This document shows positions 20,332 through 30,374 of a stretch of 64,000 nt of DNA, piece after piece. Position numbers and translations under genes: made by a program. Each line of letters starts with the position of its first letter. Position 1 is the first letter of the stretch. The DNA is from Spirochaetaceae bacterium (GTDB taxonomy: Bacteria > Spirochaetota > Spirochaetia > DSM-2461): NCBI GenBank assembly GCA_051531975.1, contig JAOPTT010000012.1, forward strand, positions 64,001 to 128,000, read 5' to 3'. Below the pieces are notes generated by a model. That model saw only the letters and a list, made by a program, of their open reading frames with translations, did no database searches and was not told where the DNA came from.

Positions 20332-23300
20332 ATGTTAGAACTTTCAGAAAGTGAGATTATTAAACAAGTTCTTTTTTATGTAACCAATATTGGTCGAAAT
20401 GGAGATCAAGAAGATTTTTTTAAATCTTTAGCAAAGTACTTAGGAAATAATCTTAATTTTGAGCACGTGATTATAAATAAATTATTACATGGGCATAGAG
20501 TTGAAAGTCTGGCGATGTATTCCAACGGATCAATAGTTCCTAATATTGGGTATAGTTTAAAAGATACCCCATGTGAAAATGTAATAACTACAGATATCTG
20601 TGTATATAATGAAAATGTTCAAGAATCGTTTCCTAAAGATTATATCTTAGTTAATATGGGAGTAAAAAGTTATATTGGAGTCCCTCTATTTAGCTCAAAC
20701 GGTGAAGCAATTGGTTTAATTGCACTTCTAAGTACAAAAAAGATAGAAAACCAAGACTTAATTCAATCATTATTGCAAATATCTGCCTCCAGGGCATCTC
20801 AAGAATTAGAGCAAACGATTAATAAGCAGGAACTTCAAAATACAATTAATGAGTTAGATTGTTTATATGCAATATCCAGGATATCTGTTCGGGATGATCT
20901 TACTATAGAAAAGTTTTTTAATAAGGTATTAACAATTATATTAAATAGTTGGCAATTCTCTGAGAAAGCGACCTGTAGAATAATTTGGGATGATAAATCA
21001 TATAAATCAGAAAGTTTTAAAGAAAGTGAATGGAAAATTAATTCGACATTTAAGGTTAGAAATAGGACTCCAGGTTCATTAGAAGTTTTTTACAAAATTA
21101 AGCCTTTAAACCCTGTCAAAAAACTAAAGCACCCCAAAGAGAAGTTTTTATTAACTGAGATTAGTAAAGTAATTGGTAAGTTCATTGATAATAAAATGAG
21201 TGATGAAGCTTTAATTAGATATAAAAATCATTTAGAAGAGCTTGTTGAAGATAGAAGTAAAGAATTAGTTAAATTATCTATTGCAGTAGATGGTAGTCCA
21301 GCTTCAGTTTGTATTACCGATGCTAAAGGTAATATCGAGTATATAAATAGGAAGTTTGCTGAAATAACTGGTTATTCAGAAGAAGAAGTTATTGGGAAAA
21401 ACCCTAGAATATTAAATGCAAAAATACAAGAAAGTAACTATTACATAGATATGTGGAAGACAATAAGCAGTGGGAATGAGTGGCATGGAGAGTTTTGTAA
21501 TAGAACAAAAGAGGGTGATATATTTTGGGAATCTGTTTCTATTTCGCCAATTTATGATAGTGATGGAACTATAATAAACTATGTTGCAGTTAAAGAAGAA
21601 GTCACTCATAAAAGGCGAATGGAAGAAAATCTAAAAAAGAATAGCTACTTCTCACATATGGCTTTAGATCTATCTGATTCAGGCTTTTGGCATATGGATT
21701 ATATTAAATATTCTAAAAGATTTTATATTTCAAGTGGCCTTCTTGAAATCTTAGGTGTAATTCCAGAAGATCGAAAAGATTACCTTACAATAGAAGAGAT
21801 TATTCGTAATTTACTATATACAGATTTAAAGTATGGAGAAGTGTCAATTCATGGCTTTAAGATGGCTATTAAAAATTTAAACCGTAGATATGATTCTGTT
21901 TGGAAGTGGACTAGACAACTCGATAAAAAAATTATTTGGGTAAGAATTATTGCTGAAATTGTAATAAATGAAAATGGTGAGTTAACTGAAATATTTGGTG
22001 TTGGACGAGATATTACTAAACAGAGAAATACTGAATTAGAGGTTGCAAATAAAGAGAAGAACTTTAGAAATTTGTTTGAACAATCTATAGATGCTATCGT
22101 AATTATACATCCCAAAACCGGAATGTTTATCGATTGCAATCAGCGTGCTATAGACCTTTTTGGTATGAAATATAAAGATGATTTTATAGGATTCTCTCCA
22201 GATTTATTGTCTTCTACTAAAAAAAATGATAGTGACAATAGAACCGCTTTCTTAGAAAATGTACTTGAAAAAGTTAAAGAGAAAGGTAAAAAACCTTTTG
22301 AATATATGTATTTAAGAAAAACTGGTAAACCTTTTATATGCGATATACGTTTAGGAGAAGTTTTATATAATAACGAATCGTTGATACAGGTCATTATTAA
22401 AGATATAACACTTGAAAAGAAAAGTGAGATAGAATTATTAGCAGCAAAAGAGGCTGCTGAGACAGCTAATAGAGCCAAATCAACGTTTTTAGCAAATATG
22501 AGCCATGAGATAAGAACACCGATGAATGCAATCATTGGATTCACTGATATTTTATCAAAAGAGATCACAGATAGTAATCTAAAAGAATATGTGGAAGCTA
22601 TTCAATCTAGTGGAAAAACATTATTGGAGCTTATAAATGATATTTTAGATTTGTCTAAAATTGAAGCCGGTAAAATGAGTCTAAATATGTATAGTGTTGA
22701 GATACGGCATACCATAGATGATATAAAAGCTATGTTTTATACTAGTATTATCCGGAAGAAATTAAAGTTCAATTTAAATATTTTAGATGATGTTCCAAAA
22801 ATAATTGAAATTGATGAGTTAAGAATAAAGCAAGTTTTAATAAACTTAATTGGGAATGCTATTAAATTTACAAAAAAAGGTACTATTGAAGGTATTATTA
22901 GTGCTGAGAATTTTTCAGATGATTGTTTTGATCTGAAAATTGTAATTAATGACACAGGAATTGGAATTGCTAATAATAAATTAAAAATTATATTCAGTGA
23001 TTTTTCTCAAGAAGATGATAGTATTAATAGTAATTATGGAGGAACAGGTTTAGGTTTAAGTATTTCTAGAAGAATTATATCACTATTTAATGGAACAATT
23101 GATGTACTGAGTGATTCAGGAGTTGGGACTTCATTTTCTGTAACAATACCAAAACTTAAAATATCAAAATTAGAAGATAAAACAGTTAAAAATGTTATAG
23201 ATGTAGATAAAATAAAGTTTGATAAAGTAAAGGTTCTTGTTGTTGATGATATAGGAACTAATAGATTATTACTAAAAAATTATTTTAAATATTTTAATTT

Positions 23301-23595
23301 TGAAATCGTTATTGCTAAAAATGGAAAAGAAGCTATAGAAGCTGTAAATTTAGATAAACCAGATATTATATTTATGGATATAAGAATGCCAGTTATGAAT
23401 GGATACGAAGCAACTAAAATTATTAAAAGCAAAGCAGAAGACATTCCTATTATAGCTTGTACTGCTTCTGTATATCATGAATCTTCAGAATATATTATTG
23501 AAGCCGGCTTTGATGGATGTCTAAGAAAACCTATATTAATAGATGATGTAATAGCGGAACTCTCTAAATATATAAACTTTACTAATAAAAACTAA
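20332..23595 (+). CDS. Cytoplasmic hybrid histidine kinase (GAF, GAF-like, 3 PAS, HisKA/HATPase, REC)
   Basis: GAF TPCENV...SYIGVPL; NifL-like PAS GKNPRIL...MWKTISSGNEWHGEFCN; ANMSHEIRTPMN; REC FMDIRMP. Confidence 0.92.
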   Translation: MLELSESEIIKQVLFYVTNIGRNGDQEDFFKSLAKYLGNNLNFEHVIINKLLHGHRVESLAMYSNGSIVPNIGYSLKDTPCENVITTDICVYNENVQESFPKDYILVNMGVKSYIGVPLFSSNGEAIGLIALLSTKKIENQDLIQSLLQISASRASQELEQTINKQELQNTINELDCLYAISRISVRDDLTIEKFFNKVLTIILNSWQFSEKATCRIIWDDKSYKSESFKESEWKINSTFKVRNRTPGSLEVFYKIKPLNPVKKLKHPKEKFLLTEISKVIGKFIDNKMSDEALIRYKNHLEELVEDRSKELVKLSIAVDGSPASVCITDAKGNIEYINRKFAEITGYSEEEVIGKNPRILNAKIQESNYYIDMWKTISSGNEWHGEFCNRTKEGDIFWESVSISPIYDSDGTIINYVAVKEEVTHKRRMEENLKKNSYFSHMALDLSDSGFWHMDYIKYSKRFYISSGLLEILGVIPEDRKDYLTIEEIIRNLLYTDLKYGEVSIHGFKMAIKNLNRRYDSVWKWTRQLDKKIIWVRIIAEIVINENGELTEIFGVGRDITKQRNTELEVANKEKNFRNLFEQSIDAIVIIHPKTGMFIDCNQRAIDLFGMKYKDDFIGFSPDLLSSTKKNDSDNRTAFLENVLEKVKEKGKKPFEYMYLRKTGKPFICDIRLGEVLYNNESLIQVIIKDITLEKKSEIELLAAKEAAETANRAKSTFLANMSHEIRTPMNAIIGFTDILSKEITDSNLKEYVEAIQSSGKTLLELINDILDLSKIEAGKMSLNMYSVEIRHTIDDIKAMFYTSIIRKKLKFNLNILDDVPKIIEIDELRIKQVLINLIGNAIKFTKKGTIEGIISAENFSDDCFDLKIVINDTGIGIANNKLKIIFSDFSQEDDSINSNYGGTGLGLSISRRIISLFNGTIDVLSDSGVGTSFSVTIPKLKISKLEDKTVKNVIDVDKIKFDKVKVLVVDDIGTNRLLLKNYFKYFNFEIVIAKNGKEAIEAVNLDKPDIIFMDIRMPVMNGYEATKIIKSKAEDIPIIACTASVYHESSEYIIEAGFDGCLRKPILIDDVIAELSKYINFTNKN

Positions 23596-23637
23596 TATTT
23601 ATTGGAATAATCAGTAAATATAGACAATAATTTATAT

Positions 23638-25743
23638 ATGTCAGTAAATAATATATTAAAAAAATTGAATGTTGTGTGCACAAATTTTTATGTTGGAGAT
23701 CTTTTAGCACTGTCTGAGATCCAAGATTATATTGTAGCATTACAAAAAGAAGAGTTATTAGATTGTATTGTTTCTGCTTTTGATGAAATTATAATTGTTT
23801 TAAATAACTTCCATGAAGTAGAAGATCAAGAATCATTTGTAAAAAAAATAACTGAATTATTAATTTTAATTGAGAGTAACCCGGAGGATATAGAAATATC
23901 TATTGAAGACTTAGATTTTAATAGTTATATAAAAGAACCGGTAATTGAAGTAGATACTAGGTTTGATAATATAATTCAGGAAACTGATATGTTAGAGAAA
24001 TTCTACGATGAAGCTACTGAGCATCTAAACAGTGCCCAGGTTGTTTTAGTCGATTTAGAATATGATCCTGAAAACGTCGAAAGTATAAATACTATTTTTA
24101 GAGCGTTTCATACAATTAAAGGTTCAGCAGCATTTTTAGGAGTTAAGAATGTTGAAGATGTTGCCCATGTTGTAGAGAACATGCTCTCTCTGGTTAGAGA
24201 TGGTAAACTAAAAATTAGTGGGCAATTAATTGACGTTATTTTTTATGGTATAAAGTTCTTAGAAGATCTTTTTAGAGTATTACCATCTTGCCAATACGAT
24301 ATACCTCGAGTTATTTCTAGCTATAAAACCATGGATACACAACCCCTCATAGCTTTAGTTGAAAAAATTGTAAAAGAGTCTTCGAAGAGAAAATTAGGTG
24401 AAATCCTTGAAGATATGGGTAAAATTGATAGCTCTATCGTAGGACAGATTTTACAAAAACAAGAAACTGAGGGTAAAAGATTTGGTGATATCTTAATTGA
24501 AGAAGAAATTATAACTCCAAAAGATATAGATGACGCCGTTAAAATTCAGAAAAAAGAGAAAATCCAATCCTCTTTTGTAAAAGTTCATGCATCAAAATTA
24601 AATGATCTAGTAGATATGGTTGGGGAACTTGTTGTTACTCAATCTATGATCTCTCAATCATCATTAGATTTAGAAAATAGTAATAACAGTCTTGATAAAA
24701 ACATCGATCAATTAATAACTATTAGTCGAAGTATTAAAAATATTGTTTTAGGTATGGGAATGGTCTCTATTGGGGAGGTTTTTAACAAACTTAAAGTTGT
24801 AATTAGAAATGCAAGCCGAGATGTTGGGAGGGTTATTAACGTTCAGTTAATTGGTGAAGACACTGAATTAGATAGAAATTTAATAGAGGCTATATATGAT
24901 CCACTTGTTCATATGGTTAGAAATTCAGTAGACCATGGTATCGAAGATGGTACTGATAGAGTAGCAAAAGGTAAAAGTGATGTTGGGCATATAACTATAA
25001 GTGCTACTCATAAAGGTAATGGTATAGAAGTAACTATAGAAGATGATGGAAAAGGTATTGATAAAGATATAGTTATTAAAAAAGCATTAGCTAAAGAGCT
25101 TATAAAAGAAGAAGAGGTCAGCTGGTATCATGAACACGAGCGAGAAGTTTTTATGTTACTGTTTGAACCAGGATTTTCAACTAAAGAAAACGTTTCAGAA
25201 TTATCAGGCCGAGGTGTTGGTCTTGATGTTGTCAAAAAAAATATAGAATCGGTTCGAGGTAAAATTGATATTCAAAGTACTCCAGATGAAGGAACCAAAT
25301 TCACTCTAAAATTACCTTTAACTCTAGCAATTATAGATGGTTTTGTTACTCAAGTTGATCATGGGAAGTATATTTTTCCATTCTCCTCTATTTCTGAAAT
25401 TATAGTACCAAAGGAAGGACAGATTGATGAAATGGATAGTGGTGAACTTATCTTAAAAAATAGAGATCAATTTATTCCAGTTTTTCAAGCTAATAAAATT
25501 ATAAATGAAGCTGGTTTAGTTAACCATGGTGATGTATCTATGGGAGTTGTCTTAATAATAACCCACGAAGGCAGCCAGTATGGTATAGGAGTAGATAAAG
25601 TTCTTGGTAAACAAGAAATAGTTATAAAAAGTTTAAATGAAGTTTTAAGAAATATGGAGTTATTCTCTGGTGGAACTATCTTTGGTGATGGTTCTATTGG
25701 TTTTGTAGTCGACATAGATAGCTTTCTTGAAAAATGTAATTAG
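23638..25743 (+). CDS. cheA: Chemotaxis kinase CheA, with an MshEN-like repeat instead of a recognisable P2
   Basis: HPt IFRAFHTIKG, dimerisation LVDMVGELV, HMVRNSVDHG, SGRGVGLDVV, C-terminal CheW-like domain. Confidence 0.95.
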   Translation: MSVNNILKKLNVVCTNFYVGDLLALSEIQDYIVALQKEELLDCIVSAFDEIIIVLNNFHEVEDQESFVKKITELLILIESNPEDIEISIEDLDFNSYIKEPVIEVDTRFDNIIQETDMLEKFYDEATEHLNSAQVVLVDLEYDPENVESINTIFRAFHTIKGSAAFLGVKNVEDVAHVVENMLSLVRDGKLKISGQLIDVIFYGIKFLEDLFRVLPSCQYDIPRVISSYKTMDTQPLIALVEKIVKESSKRKLGEILEDMGKIDSSIVGQILQKQETEGKRFGDILIEEEIITPKDIDDAVKIQKKEKIQSSFVKVHASKLNDLVDMVGELVVTQSMISQSSLDLENSNNSLDKNIDQLITISRSIKNIVLGMGMVSIGEVFNKLKVVIRNASRDVGRVINVQLIGEDTELDRNLIEAIYDPLVHMVRNSVDHGIEDGTDRVAKGKSDVGHITISATHKGNGIEVTIEDDGKGIDKDIVIKKALAKELIKEEEVSWYHEHEREVFMLLFEPGFSTKENVSELSGRGVGLDVVKKNIESVRGKIDIQSTPDEGTKFTLKLPLTLAIIDGFVTQVDHGKYIFPFSSISEIIVPKEGQIDEMDSGELILKNRDQFIPVFQANKIINEAGLVNHGDVSMGVVLIITHEGSQYGIGVDKVLGKQEIVIKSLNEVLRNMELFSGGTIFGDGSIGFVVDIDSFLEKCN

Positions 25744-25752
25744 GAGAATCCT

Positions 25753-26118
25753 GTGGGAATATGTATTGTAGACGATTCAGAAATAAGTCGTGAAGTAATT
25801 AAAAGATCTTTAAAAATGTACAAACACGATTTAGCGTTGGAAGCAATTGATGGAATTGATGCATTAGAAAAAATTAAAAAATATACAGGCAAGATTGACC
25901 TCTATGTATTAGATGTTAATATGCCTAATATGGATGGTATTACACTTATTGGAGAGATAAGAAAGTTTGACTTAAATACTCCAATAATAATGTTAACAAC
26001 TGAAACAGATAAAAGTAAAATGAGTATTGCTAAAGAGAAGGGTGCTTCTGGGTGGGTTGTAAAACCATTTGATGCAGAAAAATTTAATAAAATAATTAAT
26101 ATGGTATTGGTAAAGTAG
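25753..26118 (+). CDS. cheY: CheY-like single-domain response regulator
   Basis: VDDS, LDVNMP, MLTTE, VKPF; directly after cheA; GTG start with an AGGAG SD. Confidence 0.88.
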   Translation: MGICIVDDSEISREVIKRSLKMYKHDLALEAIDGIDALEKIKKYTGKIDLYVLDVNMPNMDGITLIGEIRKFDLNTPIIMLTTETDKSKMSIAKEKGASGWVVKPFDAEKFNKIINMVLVK

Positions 26119-26127
26119 GAGGATTAT

Positions 26128-28059
26128 ATGGCAAAAAAAACAACACTGCCTTTAGCAGTAAAAATTGTAGGGATAACAGCTATTTTAATAGTATTAGTAT
26201 TAGCTATTATTATTATGTTTTCATCTAATGATATCGATGAACACATTTTAGAAGAGGAAGAGCATAATATAACTAAAATGAATGATACAGCAGAAGATCT
26301 TATTAGTGCTGAGATAAAAAGTATACTTTATCAAATAAGTTTATCATCGGAACATGAACTTCTGATAGAAGACATTGTTGAAAATGATAATAAAAAATTA
26401 ATTAATTATGCTAGTTCTGTTATTGATATGTCTGAATTTATTAGTGAAATTTATATTACTAATGAAAAAGGTGATTTTTTAGGAAGTTATCCTACAGAAT
26501 CTTTAGTTGGCCAAAATATTAATGAATTTAAACATTGGAACGGAATGCTGGCTCATTCAAAAAAAGATAACAGGTCTATTTACAAAAAAGATAATGGGAA
26601 ACCAACTTTTGAAGATGTTTTTATTAGTAACCCATATATGGATGAACATACTGGAGATATGGTGTTCTCAGTTAGCTCTCCATCTTTATTACATAGTGAA
26701 GTTATTGGAATTTTAATATTCGAAATTGATATTAGGTTATTATACGATAGATATTTGGAAGATAAAGCGTTTGGTGCAAGAGGATATATGTTTCTTTCGG
26801 ATGTTGATGGTACATTTTTAGCCCATAAAAATGAAGATTTAGATGGTCAAGATTTTAGTCATGATTCATTTATGCAAAAAATCATTAAAATGCTTGGAGA
26901 TGGTATAAAAGAAGGGCATATCGATTATCTTTGGGAAGGCGAAGATAAATCTTTAGCTTATGATATAATAGATAATGTTGATTGGTTTCTAGCAACAACC
27001 GTTTATGATGAAGATTTAAGAGTTTTATCAAAGACCCTCACAAAAGATATGATAGTTATTAGTGGTATTTCATTAATTGTAATAATAATTTTGATTATAT
27101 TTGCTATCACAATATTTCTTTCTAAACCAGTTAATAAGGTAACAGTTAAGCTAACTGAAAGTTCAGTAAATCTAGAATCAGCTAGTCAGCAGATTGCAGC
27201 ATCTTCTCAGCAACTGTCTTCAGGGAATTCAGAACTTGCTGCTAGTATCGAAGAGATAACAAGTTCATTAGAAGAGTTACAATCTGTAATAGAGTTAAAT
27301 ACTAAAAATATAAATGAGAGTGAACTGCTAATGAAGGAAACAAATGCTAACTCTCAAAAAGTATCTACAGATATGGTTGATCTATCAGGTGCTCTTACTG
27401 AAATAGGTGATAATAGTGAAGAGATTGTAAATATTGTAAAAGTAATTGAGGATATTGCATTTCAAACTAATATATTAGCATTAAATGCAGCTGTTGAAGC
27501 AGGTAGGGCAGGTGAAGCTGGTTCTGGTTTCGCTGTTGTTGCTGATCAAGTTAAAGAGCTTGCACAGAAGAGTTCTGACTCTGCAAAAGAGACTGCTAAA
27601 CTGATAAAAACTGCAATTGATAGTATCTCCCGGGGACAGGAAATTGGTAAGTCAGTTAAAAGTGCTCAAGATAAAACTGGTGAAATGTCATCTAATGTCA
27701 CTGTACTGTTAAATGAAGTAAATAGAGCAAGTAAAGAACAGATGAAAGGAATAAATCAGATAACTCAAGCTATAACTCAAACTAACTCAGTAGTTCAACA
27801 AACTGCAGCAAGTGCAGAAGAAACTGCTTCAGCAAGTGAGGAATTGTTAGGGCAGTCTGAAGATATGAATGATGTTGTTAATGTTCTTAATAAAATTGTT
27901 AAAGGTGTTGAGTTAGATAGTTCAGCTTTAAGAAGTAGGGCTAATACAACTAATAAAGTAGAAAGAACTGTTAATAAAACAGTAATTCAAAAGACACCTG
28001 ATAGCGGTTTTAATCCTGATGATATTATACCGATGAACGATGATTTTAAAGAATTTTAA
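26128..28059 (+). CDS. Methyl-accepting chemotaxis protein (dCache sensor, short signalling domain, C-terminal pentapeptide DFKEF)
   Basis: Two TMs; [33 protein letters not shown]; ends DDFKEF (x-F-x-x-F tether). Confidence 0.95.
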   Translation: MAKKTTLPLAVKIVGITAILIVLVLAIIIMFSSNDIDEHILEEEEHNITKMNDTAEDLISAEIKSILYQISLSSEHELLIEDIVENDNKKLINYASSVIDMSEFISEIYITNEKGDFLGSYPTESLVGQNINEFKHWNGMLAHSKKDNRSIYKKDNGKPTFEDVFISNPYMDEHTGDMVFSVSSPSLLHSEVIGILIFEIDIRLLYDRYLEDKAFGARGYMFLSDVDGTFLAHKNEDLDGQDFSHDSFMQKIIKMLGDGIKEGHIDYLWEGEDKSLAYDIIDNVDWFLATTVYDEDLRVLSKTLTKDMIVISGISLIVIIILIIFAITIFLSKPVNKVTVKLTESSVNLESASQQIAASSQQLSSGNSELAASIEEITSSLEELQSVIELNTKNINESELLMKETNANSQKVSTDMVDLSGALTEIGDNSEEIVNIVKVIEDIAFQTNILALNAAVEAGRAGEAGSGFAVVADQVKELAQKSSDSAKETAKLIKTAIDSISRGQEIGKSVKSAQDKTGEMSSNVTVLLNEVNRASKEQMKGINQITQAITQTNSVVQQTAASAEETASASEELLGQSEDMNDVVNVLNKIVKGVELDSSALRSRANTTNKVERTVNKTVIQKTPDSGFNPDDIIPMNDDFKEF

Positions 28060-28068
28060 GGAGATTAT

Positions 28069-28554
28069 ATGATACATAGTAAATATCTTCTATTTTCTGT
28101 TAGTAATGAACACTACGGGATTCCTATAGAGAAGGTGAAAGAGATAATTAGATACGAACCAATTAGTCCTGTTCATGACTCACTAGAATATGTTAAGGGT
28201 GTAATCAATTTAAAAGGTAAGATTGTTCCAGTATTTGATTTAAAACTTAAGTTTGGAATGGAAGCAAAAGAGTATACAAGTACAACAGTATTTATAATTA
28301 CAGATATAATTGGAACAGCAGGAGATTTTAATGTTGCTTTAGTTGTTGATGCTGTTCAAGAGGTTAGTATTATAAACTCAGATGATGTGAAAGAACCTCC
28401 ACAAATGGGTCTTAAGATTAAAACTCACTTTTTGAAAGGAATTTATAGACATAAAGAGAATATGGTTATGTTGTTAAATATTGATGAGATAATAAAAGAA
28501 GAAGCTATTCTTAAGTTAACGGAAGATGTATATGATAAAAGTTCTGATAGTTGA
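28069..28554 (+). CDS. cheW: Chemotaxis coupling protein CheW
   Basis: YGIPIEKVKEI, KGVINLKGKIVPVFDL, LVVDAVQEV. Confidence 0.93.
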   Translation: MIHSKYLLFSVSNEHYGIPIEKVKEIIRYEPISPVHDSLEYVKGVINLKGKIVPVFDLKLKFGMEAKEYTSTTVFIITDIIGTAGDFNVALVVDAVQEVSIINSDDVKEPPQMGLKIKTHFLKGIYRHKENMVMLLNIDEIIKEEAILKLTEDVYDKSSDS

Positions 28555-29578
28555 TGATTCTGCAATAGTAAGGGATGTTTTAACCGATGCTCTAAATGGC
28601 GAAAGTGATATTGAGGTGTTAGGTACTGCACCTAACCCTTTTATCGCTCGGGATAAGATAGTCCGGCTAAAACCAGATGTTCTAACTCTAGATATTGAGA
28701 TGCCAAAAATGGATGGTTTAACATTTCTTAAGAAATTAATGGAGTACTATCCTATACCAACAATAATTGTAAGTTCTGTAACTACTCAGGATAATAGTGC
28801 TGCTATTACAGCACTTGAGATAGGAGCATTTGATGTGGTTAATAAACCAGGTACTGCAATATCTATAGAGGATGTAAAACAAGAAGTTGTAACAAAAGTT
28901 AGACAAGCGTATAAGGTTAAAGATACATATTGTTCTAGGAGAAAAATAGCTAATATTGCGATAAAACAACCTTCAACCGTTAAATCACAACTAATAAATG
29001 TAAAAACTACAGATCAATACATTGCTATAGGATCTTCGACTGGAGGGACAATAGCAGTAGAGTATCTATTAAAATCTTTACCTGCTAATTTACCTCCAAT
29101 TTTTATTGTTCAGCACATGCCTGAAAACTATACATTAGCATTTGCTAATAGATTAAATAATTTAAGCGATCTTAATGTTAAAGAGGCTGAAAATGGAGAA
29201 ATGGTTCAAAGAGGTTCTGTATATATCGCCCGAGGAGGTAGTCATCTAAAAGTTAAACGTAGAGGTGCACAACTCTATATCGTATTGGAAAAAAGTGAGA
29301 GGGTTCAGTATCAAATGCCTGCAGTAGATGTTCTCTTTGAAAGTTTATCTGAAGTTGTCGGTCAAAATGTTTTAGCTATATTGTTAACAGGTATGGGTAA
29401 AGATGGAGCAGATGGTATGTTAAAACTTAAGAATGTTGGAGCTCATACAATTGCTCAAGATGAAGCTAGTTCTATTGTATGGGGAATGCCAAAGGCTGCT
29501 ATAGATATAAATGCTCATAAAGAGATAATTTCTCTAAATAACATACCTAAATCTATAGTCCAACATGTTTCAGTTTAG
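28532..29578 (+). CDS. cheB: Chemotaxis methylesterase CheB (REC + CheB)
   Basis: MIKVLIVDDS, LDIEMP; catalytic GSSTGG, VQHMP, LTGMGKDG. Confidence 0.95.
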   Translation: MIKVLIVDDSAIVRDVLTDALNGESDIEVLGTAPNPFIARDKIVRLKPDVLTLDIEMPKMDGLTFLKKLMEYYPIPTIIVSSVTTQDNSAAITALEIGAFDVVNKPGTAISIEDVKQEVVTKVRQAYKVKDTYCSRRKIANIAIKQPSTVKSQLINVKTTDQYIAIGSSTGGTIAVEYLLKSLPANLPPIFIVQHMPENYTLAFANRLNNLSDLNVKEAENGEMVQRGSVYIARGGSHLKVKRRGAQLYIVLEKSERVQYQMPAVDVLFESLSEVVGQNVLAILLTGMGKDGADGMLKLKNVGAHTIAQDEASSIVWGMPKAAIDINAHKEIISLNNIPKSIVQHVSV

Positions 29579-30374
29579 TATGAACATATATACTATTAGA
29601 GACATGTTTAAATGGTACTTTAAGACCAGTTAACGACTCAGATAAACTTACAATTAAGTATCCATCAGGATGCAGATAATCTGCAATATTATTGATAATT
29701 TTCTCTTTCTCCTCAGCTTTAAAATAAATGAGAACATTTCTTAAAAAAATAACATGAAACTGTTTTGAAAATGGTAAATATTTCATTAAGTTTAATGTAG
29801 AAAATTGCACGTCATTTTTGATTTGTGGTTTGACATCAAAAGATGTTTCAGTTTGGGTAAAGTATTTTTTAATGGCATTAGGATGTACATGATTAATAAC
29901 CTCATCTGGAACATACCGACCTATTTTTGCATACTCAATCTTATTAGTTGCAATGTCTGAACCTAATATCTTGTATTTTTTTTGTGTACCGGTACTTGCT
30001 GACCTTAAAGCAATAGCCATAGAGTAGGCTTCTTGGCCAGAAGAAGCGGCAGCACTCCAAAATCTAAGCTCTTTAATATCTTGAAATTTATTTCTAAATA
30101 TGTGCTGTAAAAATTTAAAATGAACAGATTCCCTAAAAAAGTAAGTGTAATTTGTAGTTAATAAATCTACATAATCAGTTCTTAATGTAGTGTTCTTTTT
30201 ATCTTCTAAAGCGACTATTAAGTCATTATAATTATTAAACGTAGAATTAATACCAACAAAAAATGTTAGACGATTAATAAACAAATATATTTTTTCAACT
30301 CCATATTTAATCCCAGTCAGTTCTTGGAATATAGTAGTTAGACGTTTTAGTTGAACTGTTGATAATTCACTCAT
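29553..30374 (-). CDS. cheR: Chemotaxis methyltransferase CheR
   Basis: TTNYTYFFRE, WSAAASSGQEAYS, GSDI, IFLRNVLIYF. Confidence 0.93.
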   Translation of the reverse strand: MSELSTVQLKRLTTIFQELTGIKYGVEKIYLFINRLTFFVGINSTFNNYNDLIVALEDKKNTTLRTDYVDLLTTNYTYFFRESVHFKFLQHIFRNKFQDIKELRFWSAAASSGQEAYSMAIALRSASTGTQKKYKILGSDIATNKIEYAKIGRYVPDEVINHVHPNAIKKYFTQTETSFDVKPQIKNDVQFSTLNLMKYLPFSKQFHVIFLRNVLIYFKAEEKEKIINNIADYLHPDGYLIVSLSESLTGLKVPFKHVSNSIYVHTKLKHVGL

